Part shown: positions 50,791-61,503 of the stretch, one piece after another | Layout: each line of letters begins with the position of its first letter | Numbering within the stretch: the stretch's first letter is position 1 | Source of the DNA: Lama glama | Taxonomy: Eukaryota | Length of the DNA stretch: 64,000 bases | Direction of reading: 5' to 3' | Assembly: GCA_028534125.1 (NCBI GenBank) | Contig: CM052817.1 | Span: 90,398,001 to 90,462,000, forward strand | The notes under the pieces: generated by a model | Database searches by the model: none | What the model saw: the letters and a program-made list of their open reading frames with translations, nothing else | What the model was told of the DNA's origin: nothing | Position numbers and translations under genes: made by a program

Positions 50791-51054
50791 GTACATCCTG
50801 TGTGATGTATTTATTTCATGTGACCTCTTACTATTCTACCCAAATGTCTATTATATGCTTCTAAAACAGAACAAAACTAGAAATAAATTATAAGAAATAA
50901 ACCCAAAGTCATTTTTAATTTTAATAAAATGAGGCTTTTCTGAATAACTGAGTAAATGATAGAATCACATAGAAATGAGATTTCTTGGAAAGTAATAAAA
51001 GTAACACTACATTAAACATACAGGATTTAATGAAACCAGCACTTAGGGATTGTT

Positions 51055-51480
51055 TCTGTTAGGATTATTTTCATCTGTAATTGACAGAACCTCTATAACA
51101 AGTACTTTAAACAAAATGGAATTTTCTCTTTCCCATTAAAGAAAAAATACCAAAAACAAGAAATCCAAAATTAGTAAATCAACTTGAGGGTAATCAGTAT
51201 CCTTCCAGCTTGCTGTTCCAATATGTTTGTTCTAGCATCAGCTACCACGTTTGCTTTGCAGAAAATGAATGAGTAAAAAATCGGGAAGAAAGGCAATGGT
51301 TTCCTTTAAAGACATGACCCAGAAATTGCATGTGCTGTTCCCACTTGAACAGCAAGTTGTAAGGATAGCTGAAAAAATGTTGCCTTTATTCTAAGCTATA
51401 CATACTCAATTAATATTCAAGGATCTATCACTGAGGAAAAAAAGGACAGATATTGGGGAAAACTGATGTACTCTCATGTG
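51055..51480 (-). mobile_element. Old MLT1 (J/K-like) LTR
   Basis: gttaggattattttcatctgtaattgacagaacc..ccttccagcttgctgttcc..aggacagatattggggaaaact. Confidence 0.5.
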
Positions 51481-51799
51481 AATATAACTGTATTTATTTA
51501 ATCAGAAAAAAGGAATTGAATAACTAACAAATTAAAAAACAAAGGCAAGAATAATGAAGATTAGAATTAAAGTAATAAATAATAATTTATAAGGAAAACT
51601 ATATTCAAAAGGAAGATTAAAATGCTGAAATCCACTGGGGGAAAAAGCACCATCAGAAAACATCAAAGTAACATTATATTGAATAAAAGTAACATTAAAA
51701 GATAATGTTTGTTATATCCTAATAATATGAAAATTCTTAATGAATTATATGACTTCTAGAAAAACACAAAACTCCTAAATTATTTTAAAAAAAGAAGCA

Positions 51800-54700
51800 T
51801 TTCCAAAATGACAGAGTAAGAACCTCAGAAAACAAGCTGTTTCACAAAAGCATTAACAATGGCAGAACTTTTCAAAATTGACTTTTCTGAACTCTGGAAA
51901 TTAACTAAAGATTTGCAGCAATCTGAGAGGATTTATTCAGTGGAAGAGCTGGATACCATGTAAGAACAATGAGCTTCGCAGCATGTTAATCTGTTCTATT
52001 TCCAACCCCTGTGTGGTAGCTTTGCGAATCAATAGCATCGTGACCACAGTATTGAAAACCAGCAGCCTACAGCCAAAGGAGGGGGGGTATGGGTTTAGAT
52101 CTCTCCGAAAGCCTTACGTCAGAAAATTCTATCTGATCTGGGAGTTACATGGAAAAATCTCATATATACAGCTTGTCTTTATTTGAACTGACTCACAACT
52201 CATTCAGGGAGAAAAACTCTATCCCCAGGGTGTTTATCAAAAATAATCAACAGCAATTATTTAAAACTGCAGCTGCTTGAAGCAGTGAAACAAAATTGAA
52301 CAAACAGGAAAAAAAAAGTATTAGGAACATCTGGCAAATGAGATGTCTATAGGGGGCTTTGAAAACCCCCAACATACTCCTGGGAATAAAGATGGTCACT
52401 TGCATGTCCAGTGCTGTGCACATGACCGTGAAAGATTGAGAAGACCTTAATCCCTCACTCTGGCTAACTTTCATCTCTGTACAAGAAGGAAGTATAAACT
52501 AAGGCAGAATTGTAATCTGCCAGAGCAATGAAAGTATGCCCCATCGTATGCACAGAACAGAAGGTGGGGTGGGGGGAGGCTTTAATATCTTCAGTGTATT
52601 TAAAGAAATATCTATTCAATTATTAGCTGACAACTAAGCTAACTGCCAGAGAATTCAGTAGCAGCATATGACAAAAGAATGTAGTTTTAACAGAATTTCT
52701 CCTATAAAGTCACTAAAAATAAACAGTAAAAGAATGACCAAAAAAAAAAAAAACCCAAGGGAAGTACATATGATTTTCAAGATTGACACTATTATTATTT
52801 TAATTGTTCAGTTTTTATCAAAAACTTATGAGCCATGCAAAAGAGAATGTATATCCCATAAAAAGTTTTTTAAAAAGTAACAAAACTTTAAATTGACCAA
52901 GAAGAGAGAAGATTCAAATTAGTAAAATCAGTAACAAGAAACATTACTACTAACCTTAAGAAATGAAAAGAATTATAGATTATTACAAGCAACTGTATTC
53001 AAACAAATTAGATAACCTAGATGAAGAAACTCCTAGAAAGACATATAAACTGCTAGAACTATCTTAAAAACTAGAAAATCTGAATAGAACCATAACAAGT
53101 AAATATATTGGATTAGTAATAAACATTTTTTCCCCCAAAGAAAAGCCAGGACCAAACTGCTCACTTTTGAATTCTACTATTCCTTTAAAAATTAGTATCA
53201 ATCCTTCACATTCTCTATCAAAATACAGAAGAGGAGAAATCACTTTCCAATCCATTCTGAGGTCATGTCTATCCTGTTACCAAAACCAGATAATGATATC
53301 ACAATAAAAGCTAACAACAGAACAATATCCCTTAAGAACATAAATGCAAAATCTTCACAAAAGTATTAGCAAACAGAATCCAACACATACAAAGATAATT
53401 AAGCAGTATGACCAAGTGAGATTTATGCCAGGGAAGCAAGGTTGCGTTAACATTTGAAAATTAGTCAATGTTCCACACCATATTGACTGAATTAAAAGAA
53501 AAAAACTGCATGATTACCTAAATAGGTGCAGAAGCAGCATTTGACAAAATCCAACAGTCCTTCACGATAAATCACTCAACAAACTAGGAACAGAAAGAAA
53601 TTTCCTCAACCTGATAAAGGACGCTGATTAAATCTGACAAATGCCATCATATTTAATCATGAAAGACTAAATGCTTTTCCCTTAAGTAAGAAAAAATACA
53701 AGACTGGTATCATCACTTATATTCAACACTGTACTGGAGTAGATCTAGGGAGGGCAGTTAGTCACGAAAATGAAATAAGAGTCATCCATGCTGGAAAAGG
53801 AAGAAGTTAAACTACCTCTATCTATAGATATTATTTTGTGCATAGAAAATCCAAACGCATGAACAGAAGAAATATTAAAACAAATTAACAAATTCATTAA
53901 GGTGGTGGGATAAAATATCAATTGTATTTGTATACCTAACAATGAACAATCCAAAAACACAATTAAGAAAACACTTTCTACTTATACCTCAATAAAGCCG
54001 GGGGGAAAAAGAAAACATTTTTTTATTTACAATAGCATCAAAAAAAAATAGGAATACATTTAGCAAAAAATGCATAAGACTTGTACATTGAAAACTACAA
54101 AACTCTTGAAAGAAATTAAAGAAGAAATAAACAAATGGGAAAACTATTCATGTTCATAGATTTAAAAGTTGATATTGCTACAATGACTATACTCCCCAAA
54201 TGGATCTTTTCAAGGTAATCCCTACCAAAATTCTAGCTTTCTTTTTATAAGAGTTGACAAGATGTTCCTGAAATTCATACGGAATTGGAAAGGATCAGAA
54301 TAGCCAAAACAATCTGGAAAATGAACAATTTGGAAGACTCACTTTTTTTTTTAACTTTAAAACTTACTACAAAGATATGCCAATCAAGATGATATGATAC
54401 TGCCTTAAGAATAGAGATATAGACCAATGGGATAGAATTGAAAGTCCAGACATTAACTTTCACATTTATGGTCAGTTGATTTTCAACAAATGTGGCAAGA
54501 CAATTCAGTGTGGGGGGAAATAGTCTTCTCAACAAATAGTATTAGGACAACTGGACACCCACATGCAAAAGAATGAAATTGTACCCTTCCTTCACATCAT
54601 ATACAAAAATTAGTTCAAATGGATCATAGACTAAGAGTAAGTGATAAAACTCTTACAAAAAAATATCAGCTTGTTCAAAGCTTCTTGTGGAGCAGGGGAA

Positions 54701-55680
54701 TTCAGCAAAAAAAAAATTTTTTTTAAAAAGAGTCAAACTTTTTATTACAACAATCCACAGAATAGGAAAAAATATTTGAAAATTATATGACATATAACTC
54801 AGATAAAGATTTAATATATAACAACTCATAATTTAGTAATGAAAAGACAACCCAATTCAAAATTGGGGAAAAAATCTTTATAGACATTTTTCCAAGGAAG
54901 ATAAACAAATGGCTAAATAATGTGAGAAAATGCTTAATGTCATTAGCCATAAGAGAAATGCAAATCAAAATTATAATGATATACCACTTTACACCCACTA
55001 GGATGACAAAATGAAAAAGATCAACAATAACAAGTGTTGACAGATATGAAGAAACTGTAATGCTGACATTGCTATGGGATTGTAAAGGGATGCAGCCACA
55101 CTGGAGAGCAATTTGTCAATTCTTCAAAATGTAAAACATAGAGTCGCCCTATGACCAGAAATTTTACTCACAGGTATAGAACAAAGAGAAATGAAAGCAT
55201 ACATTCACACATAAACTTGTACATGAACATTCACGGCAGCCTTATTCATAATAGCTAAGATTTGGAAAAAATACAAATGTCCATCAACTGATGAGTGCAT
55301 GAACAAAGTGTAAACTATATATACACGTGATATTATTTGACAATGAAAAGGAATAACATACCAATACATGCTGCAGCATGAATGAACCTTGAAACCAATA
55401 TGCTACATCTGAGAATTCAGTCACAACGACACGTTCTATGATTCCTTTTATATGTATTGTCCAGAATAGGCAAACCTATACAGACAGAAAGTAGATTAGT
55501 GGTTGCCTGACTAGGGGGAGAGACGAACTGGAACCGCTAAATGGTTTGGGGCTTGTGTTTGGGGTGTTAAAAAATATTCTGAAATTAGACAGTAATGATA
55601 GGTGCACACATAAATCTATGAATATACTAAAAACTTCAGATGTGTGAACTGAATGTTGTATGAATTATACCACAATAAAA
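51800..55680 (+). mobile_element. L1MB-like element: 5'UTR (51800-52870) joined to ORF2 Z/RT/C regions and 3'UTR; ORF1 and EN deleted
   Basis: Starts ttccaaaatgacagagtaag..; RT ggtgcagaagcagcatttgacaaaatccaac (cf. [10 protein letters not shown]); 3'UTR gtccagaataggcaaacctatacagacagaaagtagattagtggttgcc..gaattataccacaataaa. Confidence 0.9.
53978..54008 (+). mobile_element. ~30-bp L1 3' terminus inserted in the older L1
   Basis: ttatacctcaataaagccggggggaaa flanked by aagaaaacacttt (53965-53977) / aagaaaacatttt (54009-54021). Confidence 0.7.
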
Positions 55681-56284
55681 CACACATGCCGACCCCAAAT
55701 CTCTTACACATGATAACTGATTCTTTTTTGAAATTATGTGCACATCTTGGAAGACATTTATTTTAGTAAGTATGTTGTGCTAATGTGGTGAACACAGTTA
55801 TTATATAGAGTGGTAGAGAAAATTATTTGAAGAATATCACCTTTTTAAGACCCAAATTGGATGAATGCTGTATCCTGCAACTTTTTATCCCTAATGCTTT
55901 GAGTTGGGCCTCATTTTGCCCTCGGGGATACCTTGTTTTTCACTGTTCTGCTCTCATTTTATGCACTATTATCCACTGGAAAAGGAAGACCTCAATGTGT
56001 GGGGCTGTGAGGATAATGCTCACGGCTGATATCCCGTAGAAGCAGGGTGAGCATGAAGGTTTGACCATCATGTTTAATGTCTGTGGCTCCAGTTTGGGTT
56101 ATAAATTATATGATCACCTATAAGGACCATTTTAGGGGCCCATGATCAGGAGTCTACTTAACAGGTTAAATTATGCTATAAAGAATCCCCTTCAAGCAAA
56201 ACTACCTGATGATGTTTAAGGATACATGGTTATGCTGTAGAAGACTAAAGACAGGAAGTGATTCCCAGAAAGGTCAGTGTAGTG

Positions 56285-56537
56285 CAGTGATTCTCACCTA
56301 GGGGTGATCCCTCCCCGCAACAGCCTGTCATTTGGCAATGTCTGGAGACATGTTGGCTTGTCACAATTGTGGGGCTAAGGGGAGTGGGTGAGTCAGAGGA
56401 GGACAGAGTGTTCCACTAACATCTAGTCGGCAGAGACCAGTGATGCTGCTTAACTTCCTACATTGCCCAGGAGGGCTCCCTTCAGCAAAGAACTATCTGG
56501 TACAAAATGTCTATAGTGCTGAGGTTTGGAAACTCTG
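56285..56537 (+). mobile_element. MER20 (hAT-Charlie) DNA transposon
   Basis: cagtgattctca..catttggcaatgtctggagacat..catctagt..gagaccagtgatgctgct..aaaatgtctatagtgctgaggtt..aaactctg. Confidence 0.9.
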
Positions 56538-58044
56538 AGACAGTGTTTACATTTGCAGGGAAAGAATATACATATATATTTTTTAAGATGATTGATCTGT
56601 TTATATTCTGTGCAGTTTTTGGCATACATGTTATACTTAATGTAAAAACACAGAAGGAGGGAAAGAAGAAAGGAAGCGAGGGAGGATGGGAGGGAGGAAG
56701 GAATCTTAAACAGACCAATGGTAGGAAGTCAGTACAAATGCCTATGGTATTATCTCCAAATGCTTTAGGTATTAGTTCTTTCAGACTTTCAAAGAAGTAA
56801 TAATTGTCACCCTATATATAATAGTATTTCAAAATAAAAATACATTAAGCCTCCCAATTTATTTTATTGAGCAAAATAATTCTTATAAGAAAGTATCACT
56901 TAAAAGATTGCATATTAATGTTACTTGTGACTGTTATTATAAAATTTTAATGAATTTGTAGCAAAATAAATTTAGAAGTAGAATGTCAAGCATGCTTTAA
57001 TGTTAGAAAAGTTATTAAATATTATATCACATTAATAATTCTTAAAGTTAAATTCTCTTCAGATTGGGGAAATATTTAATAAAATTTGCTAATTTTTAAG
57101 TTTTATGAAGAAAATTTCTTAACATGATAAAAGTATATCAAAGCAACTTCTAAATTATAGTTAGTAATTGGTTTATATGATGAGTGCTCTAAGAATTCAC
57201 ATTTAAGTCAGAAAGAAGTCTATTATTGTTATTTAATTTTTACATTTTTCTAGAAGTTCAAATTAGTCTAATAAGATTTTAAAATAGAAATAAAAGTTTT
57301 ACATTTTGTAGATTCTTTCCTAGTTTATTCCACATTGTTTTCTGTAAGCTTCTGGGTGGTATCCTCATTTATCTTTTTGTAGATAAGAATCTCAGAATAA
57401 TGAGAAGCTTCATGATTTAAGCCTGTATATATCATCTTTTACTACCAAGTAATATGTATAAGAGACATAAGCCATATTCAATCCTTAACTTTAACTCAGT
57501 CTTCATATTCACTGTTTCTCTTACCAATTTTTTTTTAAATTACATCCCTAACACTCATAGGCAGGGAGCAGGTAAGACTCTGGGGGAAACTAAGAATGTG
57601 GGTTTCACATGTGACTTAGGAAATTTTAGAGCTACAAGTCCAACAGTTAATTTTTCAAGCAAGTTAAAATAGTCCCCAAATCCAAACTGCTGTATCAAAG
57701 TGCCATATAACAGACTTTAAGCATGACCAAAGTACTGTGACAAGTCCATCTATAAGGAGACATTTACTAGTGAAAACTTCCTTCTGATGCACGTGGATAT
57801 TGGCTTCTTGCTAAGGAGAAGGTGCTCTGTGGAAGGACCCAGTGGAAATGGTTCCTGAGTTAGCATTTCTATTGTTTGAATTGATGGGTTTAACAGCTGG
57901 CACATGGCTAGGCTGGGACAGGTGAAGAGAAAATGCACACTGGGGAACACAGAACTACTATGTCGATGGCAATGTTGAGAGCAGAATGGTTTTACCACTG
58001 ATCCCTTTCAAAATGTCCAATGGGTGTAATCATTTGTATGCAAA

Positions 58045-58180
58045 TGACACTGACCTCTGTGTGTCTCATTATCCCTGGTTGTAGAAAATGGAAAGTATTA
58101 TCTTTGTAACATATGAAATACCATATATCACATATGCAACTCAGTACTTAGTCAAAAGTGAGCACTCAAAATGTTTGCTC
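58045..58180 (+). mobile_element. MIR SINE fragment
   Basis: cctctgtgtgtctcatt..gtagaaaatggaaagtatta..gtgagcactcaaaatgtttgct. Confidence 0.5.
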
Positions 58181-58467
58181 TTTTTCCTCTTCCCTTACAC
58201 TCCTTATTAATGTTACAAAGACTCTTATTATAACATTTTCTTCTAATTTCTGAGTTATCAAAACTATAATTTAAAAACTCTCTTGCCTCAGAAAACTAAG
58301 GGTGGTGAAGGCATATTTTTAAAAACTGTTTTCCATTGGAAGGTTTTTATTACTTATAATATTTGCATTAACTTGAATGAAGATTATAATATTTATGTAA
58401 ATATATACTTAATTATTCAATGATTAGTTTATGATAAAAGTGTACTATTTTAGAAAATTCTTATTCA

Positions 58468-61400
58468 CCTGAAGCAACCATCACCCTAAATAAAAACCAG
58501 ACAAACACACCACCAAGAAAGAAAATCACAGGCCACTAACATTGATGAACATAGATGTAAAAATCCTCAACAAAATATAATATGATTGAGCTGTTTATAT
58601 TTTGTGCAGTTTTTGGTATACGTGTTACACTTAATTTAAAAATACAGAAGGAGAGAAAGAAGGAAGGAAGAACAGAATCCAACAAAACATAAAAAGATCA
58701 TACACTACGATCAAGTTGGATTCATCCCAGGGACGCAGGGATGGTTCAACATATGCACCTCAATTAATGTGATACACCATATCAACAAGAATAGGATAAA
58801 AATCACATGATCATCTCAATAGATGCAGAAAAAGCATTTGATAAAATTCAATACCCATCTATGATAAAAACTCTTACAAGAGTGGGTACAGAGGGAACGT
58901 ATCTCAACATAATCAAGCTATGTATGACGAACCTACAGCCAGCATAGTACTCAATGGTGAAAAACTGAAAACCTTCCCCTTAAAACCTGGAACAAGACAA
59001 GGATACCACTCTCACCACTTCTATTCAATATGGTAATGGAAGTCCTCACCATATCAGTCAGGCAAGAAAAAGAAATAAAAGGGATTCAAATTGAAGAGAG
59101 GAGGTAAAACTATCACTATAAGAGGATAACATAGTACTATATATAGAAAACCCTAAAGGCTCCACACAAAAACTACTAAAGCTGATAAAAGAATTCGGCA
59201 AGGTAGCAGGATACAAGATTAACATACAGAAATCAGTTGCACTTCTTTACACTAACAATGAAATATCAGATAAAGAAGGTAAAGAAAGTAACTTTTAAAA
59301 TCACATCCAAAACAATAAAATACTAAGGGATAAATCTGACCAAGGAGATGAAAGACTTATATGCACAGAACTACAAAATATTAATTAAGGAAATTAAAGA
59401 TAACTTAAAGAAATGGGAAATGTCTCCTAGATGTTGACTCTGTATAAGGCATTGTTACGTGTATTATAATAAATCTGTAGTCTCATATTTTAAAAAAAAA
59501 ATAAGAAATAGGATATCCCATGCTTTCAGATTGCAAGAATTAATATTGTTAAAAGGGCCATACTATCCAAGCAATCTACAGATTTAATGTGATCCCTATC
59601 AAATTACCCAGGACATTTTTTACAGAACTAGAACAAATAATCCTAAAATGTATGTGGAATCACAAAAGACCCAAAATTTCCAAAGCAATACTGAAGAAAA
59701 AGAATGAAGCTGGAAGAATAACCCTCCCAGACTTCAGACAATACCACAGAGCTACAGTAGTCAAAACAGCATGGCATTATCCCCAAAATAGATCATGGAA
59801 CAGACTAGAGATCCCAGAAATAAACTCACAGACCTATGGTCAATTCATCTTCGACAAAGGAGGCAAGAATATACAATGGAGAAAAGACAGTCTCTTCAGC
59901 AAGTGATGTTGGGAAAATTGAATAGCTACATGAAAATTAAGGAGATTAGAATACTCCCTCACACCATACACAAAAATAAACTCAAAATGGCTTAAGGACT
60001 TAAACTTAAGACAGGACACAATAAAACTCCTAGAAGAAAATGTAAGCAAAACATTCTCTGACATAAATCTTAGCAATGTTCTCCTAGGGCAGTCTACCCA
60101 GACAATAGATTAAAAGCAAAAATAAACAAATGGAACCTAATTAAACTTATAAGCTTTTGCACAACAAAGGAAACAATAAGCAAAACAAAAAGACAACCTA
60201 TGGAACGGGAGAAAATATTTGCAAATGATGTGAGTGACAAAGGTTTAACTTCCAGAATATATAAATAGCTCATACAACTTAATAACAAGAACAACAACAA
60301 AAAACCCCAATCCAAATGGGAAGATAACCTAAACAAGCAATGAAGACATACAAATGACTAATAAGCACATGAAAAAAATTCAATATTGCTAATTATCAGA
60401 AAAATGCAAGTCAAAACTACAATGATGTATCACACCAGTCAGAATGGCCATCATTCAAAAGTCCACAAATGATAAATGCTGGAGAGGGTGTGGAGAAAAG
60501 GGAACCCTCCTACACTGCTGGTGGGAATGTAGTCCGGTGCAGTGGTTATAGAAAACAGTATGGAGACTCCTCAAAAGACTAAAAATATAAATATCGTATC
60601 ATCCAGCAATCTCACTCCTCGGCATATATCCAGAGGGACCTCTAATTCGAAAAGATACATGCATCCCAATGTTCATAGCAGCACTATATACAATAGTCAA
60701 AACATGGAAACAACCTAAATGTCCATCAACAGATGACTTTGGATAAAGAAGCTGTGGTTTATTTATACAATAGAATACTACTCAGCCATAAAAGAGAATA
60801 AAACAATGCCATTTGCAGCAACATGGATGGTCCTGGAAAATCTCATTCTAAGTTAAGTAAGCCAGAAAGAGAAAGAAAAATACCATATGGTATCACTCAT
60901 GTGGGATCTAAAAAAAGAAAAAAGAAGACACTAACAAACTTATCTACAAAACAGAAACAGACTTACAGACATAGTAAACAAACTTACGGTTACAGGGGGG
61001 AAAAGGGGTGGGAAGGGATAAATTGGGAATTTGAGATTTGCAAATAAAGCTCATGCAGTGTTGTAACATAGGTAAAGTCAGATGTTTAAGAAAGCAAAGG
61101 GCCCTGGGCTCTAGAACACAGAAACACGCTTTTGGAAAAGGCTTTTGTTTTGGGCATGGAGAAGCAGATGCTTCATATAAAAGGCCGTTGTATTTACAGA
61201 ACAGAAACAGACTCACAGACAGAGAAAACAAACTGCAGGTTACCAGAGGGGAAGGGGGTGGGAAGGGATAAACTGGGAGTTCGGGATTTGCAGATACTAA
61301 CTACTATATATAAAATAGATGAACAAGAAGTTTCTTCTGTATAGCACAGGGAACTATATTCATATCTTGTAGTAACCTATAATGAAAAAGAATCTGAAAA

Positions 61401-61503
61401 CGAATGTATGTATATTCATGTATGACTGAAGCATTGTGCCGTACACCAGGAATTGACACATTGTAAACTGACTATACTTCAATTAAAAAAAAATGTTAAA
61501 AAA
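58468..61503 (+). mobile_element. 5'-truncated cetartiodactyl/camelid L1 (RT to poly(A)) with a 16-bp TSD and three internal insertions
   Basis: ORF2 remnants (ORF 59589-59906 [28 protein letters not shown]); TSD agaaaattcttattca at 58452-58467 and 61504-61519. Confidence 0.97.

Noticed and set aside
56016..56054. Hairpin atgctcac...gtgagcat
   Set aside because: Only an 8-bp stem, which is expected by chance in 64 kb.
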